NCBI GenBank assembly: GCA_052327205.1
Contig: CM126219.1
Location: 9,424,001-9,488,000 of the forward strand
Length of the DNA stretch: 64,000 nucleotides
Reading direction: 5' to 3'
From: Somniosus microcephalus
Lineage: Eukaryota
Part shown: positions 13,122-25,661 of the stretch, one piece after another
Position numbering within the stretch: position 1 is the first letter of the stretch
Layout of the letters: the number at the start of each line of letters is the position of its first letter
Translations under genes and position numbers: made by a program
Notes under the pieces: model-generated
The model's input: the letters and a program-made list of their open reading frames with translations, nothing else
The model's database searches: none
Told to the model about the DNA's origin: nothing

Positions 13122-13355
13122 GCCGCCGCTCATTGGACGGGCCGCAGCCCCAACCCACCGCTCATTGGACGGGGCTGAGCCCCCAACCCGCCGCTCATTG
13201 GACGGGCCGGAGCTCCCAACCCGCCGCTCATTGGACGGGCCGGAGCCCCAACCCGCCGCTCATTGGACGGGGCTGAGCCTCAACCCTCCGCTCATTGGAC
13301 GGGGCTGAGGCTTCACCCGTCGCTCATTGGACGGGCCGGAGCCCCAACCCGCCGC
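13122..13355 (-). promoter_or_regulatory. Tandem array of 7 CCAAT (NF-Y) boxes with a 32-33 bp period
   Basis: GCTCATTGGACGG (CCGTCCAATGAGC on the gene strand) with CATTGG at 13131, 13163, 13196, 13229, 13261, 13293 and 13325. Confidence 0.8.
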
Positions 13356-13481
13356 ACTGCGCCGCCCTATCGCGCTGCGGGGGTACTGCAGGGCATCTGG
13401 CAGTGCTCCGGCACCTCACTGGATACAGCAGCACGATGTTCAATCAGAGCACCACTGCACCAGAGCCAGGCACAGAGTGGG

Positions 13482-16400
13482 TCAGCCGGGCCTCAGTGGC
13501 CAGCACTCTCGCCTCTGAGTCAGGAATGTTGTGGTTTCATTGTCCCACTCCAGGGATTTGAGCACATAAAGCTAGGCTGACACTCCCAGTGCAGTACTGA
13601 GGGAGCGCTGCACTGTCGGAGGTGCCGTCTTTCGGATGAGACGTTAAACCGAGGTCCCGTCTGCTCTCTCAGGTGGACGTAAAAGATCCCATGGCACTAT
13701 TTTGAAGAAGAGCAGGGGAGTTCTCCCTGATGTCCTGGCCAAGATTTCTCTCTTCTCTCTCTTAGGCAGTCCCTTGGAACCGAGGATGACTTGCTTCCAC
13801 ATTAAAAATGAGTTCTCAGGTGGCTGATGAGTCCAATGTGGGACCTACAGTCTCTGTCACAGGTGGGGCAGACGGTGGTTGAAGGGGCGGGTGGGTGGGG
13901 TGCTTGGGTTGACGTGCGCTCCTTGCGCTGCCTGTGCTTCGCTTCCGCTTGCTCCCGGCGAAGAGACTCGAGGTGTTCGGCGCCTTCCCGGATGCATCTC
14001 CTCCACTTTGTGCGGTCTTGGGCCAGGGATTCCCAGGTGTCGGTGGGGATGTTGCACTTTTTCAAGGAGGCTTTGAGGGTGTCCTTGAAGCATTTCCTCT
14101 GCCCACCTGGGGTTCTCTTGCCGTGCCGGAGCTCCGAGTGGAGCGCTTGTTTTGGGAGTCTCGTATCGGGCATGCGGACAATGTGACCCATACATCGGAG
14201 CTGATTGAGCATGGTCAGCGCTTTGATGCTGGGGATGTTGGCCTGAGCAAGAACACTGACGTTGGTGCACCTATCCTGCCAATGGATTTGCAGGATCTTG
14301 CGGAGGCAGCATTGGTGGTACCTCTCCAGTGCTTTGAGGTGCCTGCTGTACATGGTCCATGTCTCTGAGGCATACAGCAGGGCAGGTATCACTGCTGCCC
14401 TGTAGACCATGAGCTTAGTGCCGGGTTTGAGGTCCTGGTCTTCAAACACTCTCTTCCTCAGGCGACCGAAGGCTGCACTGGCACACTGAAGGCGGTGTTG
14501 GACTTCATCGTTGACGTCTGCCCTTGTTGGCAGTAGGCTCCTGAGGTATGGAAAGTGGTCCACATTGTCCAAGGCCTTGTCGTGGATTTTGATAATCGGG
14601 GGGCAGCACTGTGTGGCGGGGGCAGGTTGGTAGAGGACCTTTGTCTTACGGATGTTTAGTGTAAGGCCCATGCTCTCGTATGCTTATGTGAAGGTGTTTA
14701 CGATGGTTTGGAGTTCGGCCTCCGAGTGAGCGCAGACGCAAGCATCGTCTGCATACTGTAATTCAACGACAGAGGATGGGACGACCTTGGATCTGGACTG
14801 GTGGCGCCGGAGGTTGAACAGTTTCCCGTTTGTTCTGTAAATTAGCTCCACTCCAGTGGGGAGCTTACTGAGGGTGAGATGGAGCATTGCAGCAAGGAAG
14901 ATTGAGAAGAGCGTTGGTGCGATGACACAGCCTTGCTTGACCCCGGTTTGTACGTGAATTGGGTCTGTGGTGGAACCGTTGGTCAGGATCATGGCTTGCA
15001 TGTCGTCGTGAAGCAGGCAGAGGATAGTGACAAACTTTTGAGGGCAGCCGAATTTGAGGAGGACACTCCATAATCCCTCATGGTTGACAGTGTCGAAGGC
15101 CTTTGTGAGATCAAAGAAGGCCATGTACAGCGGTTGGTGCTGTTCCCTGCATTTCTCTTGTAATTGATGTGCGGTGAAGATCATGTCCATTGTGCCCCTT
15201 AGTGGGCGGAATCTGCTTTGCGACTCTGGGAGGAGCTCTTCGGCCACTGGGAGAAGGCGATTGAGGAGGATTCTTGTGATGACTTTCCCTGTGGCAGATA
15301 GCAGGGAAACTCCTCTGTAATTACCGCAATCAGACCTGTCACCTTTCTTGAAGATGGTCACAATTACGGCGTCTCTGAGATCCCCTGTCATGCTCTCCTC
15401 CTTCCAGATAAGAGAAATGAGTTCATGAATTCGCGCCAGTAGTTCTTCTCCGCCATGCTTTAGTGCCTCGGCGGGGATTCCATCTGCTCCTGAGGCCTTG
15501 TTGTTCTTCAGTTGTCGGATGGCCTTTTCAACCTCATGCTGGGCTGGGGTTGTGCTGAGATGGTGGTGGGTAGCATGCTGTGGGATGGAGTTGAGGACAC
15601 TCGTGTCGAAGACAGAGTCGTGGGTAAGGAGATCTTTGAAGTGCTCCTTCCAGCGGGCACTGACTGCTTCCCTGTCCTTGATGAGTACCTCTCCGTTCTT
15701 GGCTCGCAGTGGGGAAGGGCCTTGGGTGCTTGGGCCGTAGATGGTCTTGACTGCGCTAAAGAATCCACACACGTCGTGGTTGTCAGCTAGCTGCTGGATC
15801 TCCTGCGCTTTCTCCTCCCACCATCTGTTCTTTAGGTCGCAAGTTTTTTGTTGGACCTCGGCCTTCAGGCTTCTGTAGAGCTGCTTTCTTGCTCTTGAGT
15901 TCTGTTGCTGTTTCCAGATCAGAAATGCCTTGTGCTTGTGGCTTATTAGCTCCTGGATCTCCTGGTCATTCTCGTCGAACCAGTCTTGGTGTTTCCTGGT
16001 TGAGTGATCGAGCGTCTCTTCACAGGTGCTGATTATGGAGGCCTTGAGTGCAGACCAGACACTGTGGGTACTCTGTGTCTCTGCATCACTGGGAGTCGTC
16101 AGGTTGTTTGTGAGGCGCAGGCTGAATAGGGCTTTCTTAGTGGGGTCTTTGAGTGCTCCAGCGTTAATTTTCCTGTGGCATTTTTTCTGTTGCTGCCGTT
16201 GTTTTGGGGCTACATTGATGGAGATGACAGAGCAGATTAGGCGGTGGTCTGTCCAGCAGTCATCAGCTCCTGTCATGGCGCGGGTGATGCGGACGTCCTT
16301 GCGGTCCCTCGCTCGGACGATGACGTAGTCCAGCAGATGCCAGTGCTTGGAACGAGGGTGCTGCCATGAAGCCTTGTACTTGTCTCTCTGACGGAACAAG

Positions 16401-16712
16401 GTGTTGGCTATGACGAGGCCATGTTCTAAGCATTTCGACAGGAGGAGGGTACTGTTGGAGTTGGCTTCACCTACCCCATCTCTGCCAATCACACCTCTCC
16501 AGATTTATCCCTCAACCAACATTACTAAAAAACAGATGATATGGTCTTTATCACATTGCTGTTTGTGGGAGCTTGCTGTGCGCAAATTGGCTGCTGCGTT
16601 TCCTACATTACAACACAGTGACTACACTTCAGAAAGTACTTCATTGGCTGTAAAGCGCTTTCGAGTGTCCAGTGGTCGTAAAAGGCGCTATAGCAATGCA
16701 AGTCTGTCTTTT
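13482..16712 (+). mobile_element. SacSINE1-like DeuSINE hosting an RTE insertion
   Basis: SINE halves at 13482-13747 and 16501-16712. Confidence 0.85.
13748..16500 (-). mobile_element. RTE-clade (BovB-like) LINE, 5'-truncated, young
   Basis: ORF 14684-16492 carries the endonuclease C-terminus (WQHPRSKHWHLLDYV, WTDH) and RT (GVKQGC, YADD). It continues in frame at 13802-14671 after a single TAA, ends in a C2H2-like motif (CPTC...HLRTH), and has an (AG)n tail. Confidence 0.93.
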
Positions 16713-16829
16713 TTCATAGTTTTTTCATTACCTTACTAAACTCTAAAGTACAGCACTACCCTACTCCATAGTACAGTCTACCATAACCAGTTATAGAGTA
16801 CAATGTAACCGTACCCAGTTACATAGTTC

Positions 16830-17670
16830 AGGAGGAAATAGACAGACTGGTAAAATGAACAGACACATGGCAGATGAAATTTAATGCAGAGAAGTTTGAA
16901 GTGATACATTTTGGTAGTAAGAATGAGGAGCGGCAATATAAACTAAATGGTAACATTTTAAAGGTGGTGCAGGAATAGATAGATCGGGGATGTACGTACA
17001 CATAACTGAAGGTGGCAGGACAAGTTGAGAAGGCTGTTAAAAAGGCTTTATTAATAGAGGCACAGAGTACAAAAGCAAGGAAGTTATGTTAAACCTTTAT
17101 AAAACACTAGTTAGGCCTCAGCTAGAGTGTTGTGTTCAATTCTGGGCAGCACACTTTAGGAAGGATGTCAAGACCTTGGAGAGGGGGCAGAGGAGATTAA
17201 CTAGAATGGTGTCAGGAATGAGGGACTTCAATTATGTGGAGAGACTGGAGAAGCTGCGATTGTTCTCCTTAGAGCAGAGAAGGTTAAGGGGAGATTTAAT
17301 AGAGGTGTTCAAAATCATGAAGGGTTTTGATAGAGTAAATAAGGAGAAACTGTTTCCAGTGGCAGATGGGTCGGTAACCAGAGGACACAGATTTAAGGTG
17401 ATTGACTAAAGAACCAGAGGTGACACGAAGAAACATTTTTTTACACTGTGAGTTGTTGTGATCTGGAATGTGTTGCCTGAAAGGGCGGTGGAAGCAGATT
17501 AATAGTAACATTGAAAAGAGAATTGGATAAATATGTGAAGGGAAAATATTTTCAGGACTCTGGGGAAAGAGCAGGGGAGTAGGACTAATTGGAGAGCTCT
17601 ACCAAAGGGCCGGCACAGGCATGATGGGCTGAATGGCCTCCCTCTGCTGTATCCTTCTATGATTCTACGA
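16830..17670 (+). mobile_element. CR1 3' fragment
   Basis: Encodes LYKTLVRPQLE...RRLRGDLIEVFK; ends in ATTCTAYG-type tail. Confidence 0.88.
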
Positions 17671-17679
17671 TACACAGCT

Positions 17680-18365
17680 CAATCAAGCCCAATATACTGT
17701 ATCTCAACAACACAGCCTAGTCCAGTCTTAACTACACAACTCAGCAGAACCCAACTACACAACTCATTACAGTCCAACCACTAACCAGTCCCACCCAAAC
17801 CCTACTAATCCCAACTGCACAGTACAACCCTACCCTACTCACGCCAAATAACCGTAACTACACACCACAACCCAACCCAACTACATGGCTCAGCACAGCC
17901 CCAAACCATCCTACCTCAACTCCCAGACACAAAGCGTCACCGAACTGAACTATCCAGCACAACCCACTCCTATCCCAACTACACAACATAACCCTGACCT
18001 ACACAATTACACAGCACATCCCAACCCAACACTACTCAACCCTGATACACAGCACAACCCAATTTCAGCCACACAGCTTAGTCATTTATGGAGGTGCAGT
18101 CCTAATTCAGTCAACAAAGCACCCCATCCCAAACCAACACAGTCCAACTCCAGCTCAGCTTCTAGGCATACCACACAACCCAACTTAACTCAACTCAAGG
18201 CACACAGCTCAGCTCATTTAAAGAGGTTCCTCTCTGATCCAGGTATCTCAGTGCCCAACCCAGCTACAGCTCCTGGCCCAGCTCCCACCCCAGTTGAGCT
18301 CTCAGACACATGGCACACAGCCCAGCCAATCCTGCTTCATCTCACAGGCCAGCCAGCTCAGCTCT
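17680..18365 (+). repeat. Degenerate C/A-rich low-complexity region
   Basis: Repeated CCAAC, CACAG and CAGCT short motifs with very few G. Confidence 0.55.
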
Positions 18366-19194
18366 GTGTGTGTGTGTAGCAACAAATGTCATACTCATCT
18401 GCAAATCCTTGTGCTGCATCACCCACTCTACCTCTGCGATCTTTTCCAGCCATTGACATCTTCAACTGTACCTTTCCTCAAGGATAGTTCCTCCACCTTC
18501 AAAACTGCTGCCATCAACCCCGTCCTTGAAAAACTCACCTTTGGCCCCTCTATCCTCGCCAATTACCATTAGTTCCTAACCTTCCTTTTCTCTCCAGGGT
18601 CTTTGGTATCAAGGTATCATTGCCTCCCTACTCCGTGCACATTTCTCCCAGCACTCCCAGTTTGAATTCTTTCAGTCTGGTTTTCCACAGCCCTGAACCC
18701 GTCTTGGTCAAAGTCATCAATGATATTCAAAGTGATTGCAACCACCGTGCCTTATCCTCCCTGTCCTCCTTGACTTTCCAGGTTGATTACTCTATTGTCT
18801 GTCTTCTGTGGTCACCTCTGGTCCCATCTCTATCTATCTCAGTGTAGCCAGAAGATAGAGTCATAGAGTTATACAGCACACAAAGGGGCCCTTCGGCCCA
18901 TCGTGTCCGCGCCGGCCATCAAGCCCTATCTATTCCAATCCCATTTTCCAGCACTTGGTCCGTAGCCTTGTATGCTATGGCGTTTCAAGTGCTTATCTAA
19001 ATGCTTTTACATATTCTGTAAACATTCTGTTTCCACGTGGTCACCTCGGGCATACGGCTAGGTTTCCCACTTGGCCCTTTCCTGTTCCTCATATGTTGAC
19101 AGTTGGTGACATTATACAAAAGCATGCATCAGCTTCCACATGTACACTAATGACACCCAGCTTTAACTCTCCGCCACCATCCTCAACTCCATAC

Positions 19195-19637
19195 AAAAGC
19201 AAAATACCGTGGATGCTGGAAATCTGAAATAAAAACAGAAAATGCTGAAAATGCTCAACAGGTCAGGCACCATCAGTGGAGAAACAGAGTTAACGTTTCA
19301 GGTTGCTCAGAACTGGAAAAAGTTAGAGATGTAACCGGTTTTAAGCAATTACAGGGGCAGGGAAAGGGGGGAGGGGAGGGAAGAACAAAAGGGAAGGTCT
19401 GAGATAGGGTGGAAGGCAGGAGAGATTAAATGATAAATAGATGATGGTGCGAGGTGAAAGGAGATGGTAATGGGACAAGTAAAGAAACAAAAGATGGGTC
19501 TAGAGGAGGTGGAAATGGGAGCAGCAGAACCATTACCAACAGATGCTGTCCAAAAAAAATGGGGGCAGTGGTTATGATCTGAAATTGTTCAACTCAATGT
19601 TGAGTCCATAAGACTGTAAAGCACCTAATTGAAAGTT
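19195..19637 (-). mobile_element. Degenerate Penelope 3' end
   Basis: Minus strand encodes FQLGALQSYGLNIELNNFRS*, followed by pLTR-like sequence (GACCTGTTGAGCATTTTCAGCATTTTCTG). Confidence 0.7.
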
Positions 19638-20112
19638 ACCCTCAACTCCGTGACTGTTGCTGCACTACCGGACCTTCTATCTGGTGTCAAGCTGTGAATG
19701 AGGCTGAACATCTCCAACTAAACACTCAGCTGCTTACTCAGGATGAACCCAACAGTGTGCAGATTTTGTGTCCTGTTGAACCCTAAGCTGAGCTTCATAC
19801 TCCGCCTCCAGTCCATCACTAAAACCACTGATTTCCACTGCAGGAATATTGCCCACTTCTATCCTTAGCCAATGCAGAAACCCTGGAGAACACCTTTGTC
19901 ACCTCGAGGCTCAACCTTTCCAACACTTTCTCCTGAGCTGTACCCCACAAAACTGCACTTGTCTCACACTAAGTCTCACTCGCCCATCACTCTGCTCCAA
20001 CTTCGCCAACGCCTCCCTATCCACTGAATTCTAAATCCTCATCCTCATTTACAAATCTGACCACGGCCGCTCCTCAATCTGTCTCAGCCAACCTCCTCCA
20101 GCCCTGCACTCA

Positions 20113-20512
20113 TAAGAAACATGAGAAATAGGAGCAGGAGTCGGCCATTCGGCCCATCGAGCCTGCTCCGCCATTCAATAAGATCATGGCTGATCTTCTA
20201 CATCAACTCCACTTTCCTGCCCGATCCCCATATCCCTTGATTCCTTTAGAGTCCAACAATCTATCGATCACAGCCTTGAATATACCCAACGACTCAGCAT
20301 CCACAACCCTCTGGGGTAGTGAATTTCAAAGATTCACAACCCTCAGAGTGAAGAAATTCCTCCTCATCTCAGTCCTAAAGGGTCAACCCCTTATCCTGAG
20401 ACTCTGCTCCCTAGATCCAGCCAGGGGAAACCGCCTCTCAGCATCTACCCTGTCAAGCCCTCTGAGAATTTTATACATTTCAATGAGATCACTTCTTATT
20501 CTTCTGAACTCC
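20113..20512 (-). mobile_element. CR1 3' fragment
   Basis: CR1 tail and C-terminal sequence. Confidence 0.8.
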
Positions 20513-20916
20513 AGCTCATGCTCTTGGCTCTTCCAACTCTGGCCCCTGTGCATCCTTGTTGCTCTGCTCCATCAGTAGCATAAACTTCAGCTGTCTCTGC
20601 CCTACAGTTCAACGATCTTTCCTGCCCTTACCCTATCTTACCACCACCTTCAAAGTCCTCCTGAAACTTTTCTCATTCACCCGTCTTGAGTCATACTCCC
20701 AACTCTTCTGCTCCTGCTCTCAGTGTCATTCCCCACGCCCACTCAGCTGTGGCCCTGGATAGCACACTCGCCTCTGAGTCAGAAAGTTGTGGGACTTGAG
20801 CACGTAAATCTAGGCTGACACTCCCAGTGCAGTGCTGAGGGAGTGCTGCACTGTTGGAGGTGCCGTCTTTTGGATGAAACATTAAACCGAGGCCCCATCT
20901 GCTCTCTCAGGTGGAC

Positions 20917-21630
20917 CATCTACAAGATGCACTGCAGCAACTCGCCAAGGTTTCTTCGGCAGCACCTCCCAAACCCACGGCCTCTTCCACCTAGAAGGAC
21001 AAGGGCAGCAGGCACATGGGAACACCACCACCTCCAAGTTCACCTCCAAGGCGAGCACGGTGGCATAGTGGTTAGCACTGTTGCCTCACAGCGCCGGGGA
21101 CCCGGGTTCGAATCCGGCCTCGGGTGACTGTCTGTGTGGAGTTTGCACGTTCTCCCCGTGTTTGTGTGGGTTTCCTCCGGGTGCTCCGGTTTCCTCCCAC
21201 AGTCCAAAGATGTGCGGGTTAGGTTGATTGGCTATGATAAAAATTGACCCTTAGTGTTAGGGGGATTAAATATGTGGGGTGGGTGGGATATGTGTTGGTG
21301 TTGGTGTTGGTGTAGGGGTTATGGGGATCGGGTGGGATATGTGTCGGTGCAGGCTCGATGGGCCGAAATGGCCTCTATCTGCACTGTGGGGTTTCTGTGA
21401 TTCTGTGAAGTCACACACCATCCTGACTTAGAAGTATATCACCAATCCTTAATTGTCGCTGGGTCAAAATCCTGGAACTCCCTCCCCTAACAGCACTGTG
21501 GGAGTACCATCACCACACGGACTGCAACGGTTCAAGAAGGCAGCTCACCACCACCTTCTCAAGGGCAACTAGGGATGGGCAATAAATGCTGGCATTGCCA
21601 GCGGCGCCCAGATCCCATAAATGAATTTAA
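20917..21630 (+). mobile_element. 3' end of the second LINE family, inserted in a SacSINE1 and itself split by an HE1 SINE
   Basis: CATCTACAAGATGCACTGCAGC...GGGCAATAAATGCTGGC tail. Confidence 0.8.
21051..21408 (+). mobile_element. HE1-like V-SINE
   Basis: tRNA head GGTGGCATAGTGGTTAGC...GGTTCGAATCC, V domain TGTGGAGTTTGCACGTTCTCCCCGTG...CCAAAGATGTG, and a CR1-like tail. Confidence 0.88.
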
Positions 21631-21924
21631 AAAAAAGATCCCATGGCACTATTTCAGGTGTCCTGGCCAATATTTATTCCTCAATCAACATAACAAAAAC
21701 AAATTTTCTGATCATTATCACATTGCTGTTTGTGGGAGCTTGCTGTGTGCAAATTGGCTGCCGTGTTTCCCAGATTACAACAGTGATTACACTTCAAAAC
21801 TACTTAATTGGCTGTAAAGCGCGTTGAGACGTCCGGTGGTCGTGAAAGGCGCTGTATAAATGCAAGTCTTTCTTTTTCAACCCTTGGTGTATTTACTATG
21901 TTAAAGGTGCTATATTGTTCGTTT

Positions 21925-22465
21925 TTTTATTCGTTCATGGGATGTGGGCATCGCTGGCAAGGCCGGCATTTATTGCCCACCCCTAATTGCCCTTGAGCAG
22001 GTGGTGGTGAGCTGCCTTCTTGAACCGCTGCAGTCCGTGTGGTGAAGGTACTCCCGCAGTGCTGTTAGGGAGGGAGTTCCAGGATTCTGACCCAAAAACG
22101 ATGAAGGAACGGCAATATATGTCCAAGTCAGGATGGCATGTGACTTGGAGGTGGAGGTGTTCCCATACACCTGCTGCCCTTGTCCTTCTAGGTGGAAGAG
22201 GTCGCAGGTTTGGGAGGTGCTGCCGAAGAAGCCTTGGCGAGTTGCTGCATTGCATCTTGTAGATGGTACACACTGCAGCCACGGTGCGCCAGTGGTGGAG
22301 GGAGTGAATGTTTAAGGTGGTGGATGGGGTGCCAATCAAACGGGCTGCTTTGTCCTGGATGGTGTCAATCTTCTTGAGTGTTGTTGGAGCTGCACATCCA
22401 GGCAAGTGGAGAGTATTCTTGTGCCTTGTAGGTGGTGGAAAGCCTCTGGGGAGTCAGGAGGTGAG
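21925..22465 (-). mobile_element. 3' end of the second LINE family
   Basis: ORF 21983-22405 encodes DTIQDKAARLIG...SWNSLP. Confidence 0.82.
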
Positions 22466-22720
22466 TGTTGAATATGCTGCTGACACTGAGTGCCTCGGCT
22501 TCGACATGATGAATGCTCACTCGGGCGAGGGGCTGGTGCACTGAAACTATACCCCAACAAAGGGAGGAAGGAAGCTCAAAGAAAAAAACATTGACTCATG
22601 TGGAAGCAGCTGAAAATGAATATTTTTTGCACTATTCTGACACTTTCCAGGTGAAGAGGAGGTAGATTCACCAGGGCAGATTTCAGTTGCGCTCCCACCT
22701 ATTTACCCCTTCCCACTCTC

Positions 22721-23110
22721 GGGTTGCCAACTCTGATTGGACATACTCCTGGACTTTTCAATCACATGACCTCCGGCCTCCAATCGCCCGCCATTGGTCG
22801 CCCAACACGTCCATCCTCGCGGTGACCCCTCACCCCTTCCCATGGCTAATTGGAAAGTGAACAGACTCCGTTACCCGATTGGATGGTTCTTCACCATTAG
22901 TCAAATAGCCAATTTTTCCCCAATCTCCAATTTTTTTTAACGAATAAATGAAAGCGTTCAAAGAAAATGAAAAAAAAACCTGGATAACTCTTTTTAGTGG
23001 ACCGATAATTTTTCTCCCGGGGTTTTTGCTCCCAGCCGTGTCCTGGGGATTAATCTTCAATTCCTGGCGACTCCAGGGCAATCCCGGAGGGTTGGCACGG
23101 CGACCCCCTA
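22721..23110. mobile_element. Degenerate hAT-like non-autonomous element
   Basis: Ends GGGTTGCCAAC...GTTGGCA..ACCCCCTA. Confidence 0.45.
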
Positions 23111-23354
23111 TCCCAGTCCCAAAACTTACACACTCCATGAAGGTGTTTTGCTTACACTTGTTTCAGTTCCGTGTGGGAATATAATTAGAAACAACTCTGA
23201 CCTCAGTGTCATGTCATTATTTTTTTCCCCTTCCTGGAAATTTTCGTGTCCCTCAGGCTGAGGGAGGACAGCAGAGTGAAATAAAACAGGTTTCCACTAC
23301 GTACTCAGTGCAAGGTTCAAGCATTCTCAGTCAGGTTGAACGCAAGTCTGAAAA

Positions 23355-23615
23355 CGTCATTGGCAAAGAACCAGAGGAATTTTTTTTTTTACGCAGCGAG
23401 TTGTTGTGATCTGGAACGCGCTGCCTGAAGGGGCGGTGGAAGCAGATTCAATAGTAACTTTCAAAAGGGAATTGGATAAATACTGGAAGGGGAAACATTT
23501 GCAGGGGCTATGGGGAAAGAGCGAGTGGGAGTGGGACTAATTGGCGAGCTCTTTCAAAGAGCCGGCACAGGTACGATGGGCCGAATGGCCTCCTTCTGGG
23601 CTGCATGATTCTATG
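23355..23615 (+). mobile_element. CR1 3' fragment
   Basis: Similar to 17400-17670; ends in GATTCTATGAT. Confidence 0.75.
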
Positions 23616-24413
23616 ATAATGCGGGTACTTGTCTTGCCTTCAGTCATGAATGGTACATTGTAAAAAAAAATGCATTGAGTACTGATACTATCCCACCTGT
23701 AATTGGGGTTTAATTGAAGTTTTCTCACTGTGGATTTGCTTCAGTTGTACATTGGTTTTTCACAAGGAAGATTTAAATATATTTAAACTCATTTGTATCA
23801 TTTCAGAGTATCTGTGGGGGCAGGGGCCCAGCCCGGGAGGGGATTGTGTACCGGGGAGTGATGGGCCGAATGGCCTCTTTCTGTGCTGCATCATTCTACG
23901 TGATTCAGGTCTGACTAAACAGCCAAATGCATTTCCCTTTAGCAGAACCTGTCTGTATGGGAGTGGCAGAAATGGCACTCGGAGAAAGGAGACTTCATTC
24001 CATTTGAATAATTTATTTGTACAAGATATTTAAGCAGGATGAGAGCGCTCTTTTACAATGAAGCCCTGTTCATGCAAGTCGGACGTCCAACGACCCATTC
24101 ATGAAATCCCAGCTCAGCAAACTAGCCTCAAAGAGGAGTTTTCAAACAGATTGCAATGTCATGTTGGCAAACAGCCGGGGAGACCTGAGAAGCACAGTCC
24201 ACAATATCGGCTTTTATTTTATTGTGAAACTAGGTAAAGGCCAAGGCCCAAATAACAAACGGAAGATTCCTTGGCTTGCTCAAGCATAACACAGTGAAAG
24301 GCTGCTCCCAAACAGTGCATGAGGTAATGAATGGAAGTTTTAAACTGAGGTTAAGTCAGAAAGTTGTGTCTCTTTTCTGTTTACTCAACACCCAAAGTAA
24401 ATTTATTTTTAGC

Positions 24414-24980
24414 TGTCAGCCGTGGCTCAGTGGGCAGCACCCTCGCCTCTGAGTCAGAAAGGTCGTGGGTTCAAGTCCCGCTCCAGAGACTTGAGCACAA
24501 AACTCTAGGCTGACACTCCCAGTGCAGCGCTGAGGGAGTGCTGCAGTGTCAGAGGAGCCGTCTTTCAGATGTGATGTTAAACCGAGGCCCAGTCTGCCCT
24601 CTCAGGTGGACGTAAAAGATCCACTATTTCAAAGAAGAGCAGGGGAGATTTAGAATCATAGAAATTTACGGCACAGAAGGAGGCCATTCGGCCAATCGTG
24701 TCTGTGGTGGCCGAAAAAGAGCTCTCCAGGCAAATCCCACTTTCCAGCTCTTGGTTCTCCCGGTGTCCTGGCCAATATTTATCCCTCAACCAACATCACT
24801 AAAAAAAAAACCCAGATTATCTGGTCATTATCACTTGTTTGTGGGAGCTTGCTGTGCGCAAATTGGCTGCCGCCTTTCCTACATTACAACAGTGACAACA
24901 CTTCAAAAATACTTCATTGGCTGTAAAGCGTTTTAGGAGTCCTGAGATTGTGAAAGGCGCGGTAGAAATACAAATCTCCC
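24414..24980 (+). mobile_element. SacSINE1-like DeuSINE with a short CR1 tail inserted (about 24650-24752)
   Basis: Head, Deu domain and tail are all present. Confidence 0.85.
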
Positions 24981-25661
24981 TTTCTTCATTAATGCCAGTT
25001 CTGTAGAGGCCATTTGCGTGGGCTAGACTTGCACCAGCAATGATGAGGGGGGAAGAAATGAAGATTAAATCTGTTTCTCCGCAGTGCTATTGCAAACCAA
25101 TGAAATAACATCAAGATGTAGAAAAAAAAGAAAATGACAACACACTGCATTTATATTGCGCCTTTTATGTCGAAAACTGTCCCGAGGCTCTTCACAGGAG
25201 CGTTATCAGATAAAAGTGGACGCCGATTCCAAAGGAGATGTTGGGAGTGGTGATCAAAAGCCTGCTCGAAGAGCTGGGTTCTGAGGAGGGTCTTACAGGA
25301 AGGGAGGGAGTTGGAGAGACAGACGGGTTTAGGGTGTGGAGGGTAGGGGCCGAGACGGCTGCAGGCAAGGCCGCCAATGATGGGGCAAAGGGCATCAACA
25401 AGGGGCCAGGCTCAGGGGAACGGAGAGTTCGGGGGTGGGGTTGGTGTCGGAGGTTACATAGAATATGGAGGGGACAGGCTGTGAAGGGATCTGTGAGGAT
25501 GAGAAATTTCAATCTGAGGGGTTGCAGGTCAGCAAGGCCAGGGCAGGAGTGATGAGTGTGCGGGTCTTGGTGCACAGTAGGATACAGAAGCAGAATTTTG
25601 AATGAGCTGAAGTTTATGGAGACTGGAGGTTGGAAGGTTGGCCATCAGAGCATTGGACTAA

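Larger units (their letters stand above)
12750..13400. promoter_or_regulatory. CpG island / promoter of CAPZA
   Basis: Very GC- and CpG-rich stretch around exon 1, with GC boxes and a YY1-like CAAGATGGCG over the ATG (13072-13081, minus strand). Confidence 0.8.
20742..21876 (+). mobile_element. SacSINE1-like DeuSINE hosting a LINE and an HE1 SINE
   Basis: SINE halves at 20742-20917 and 21630-21876. Confidence 0.8.

Noticed and set aside
13802-16492. Active autonomous RTE or domesticated gene
   Set aside because: It is 5'-truncated within the endonuclease and has an in-frame TAA at 14684-14686. Horizontal transfer, known for BovB, cannot be assessed without searches.
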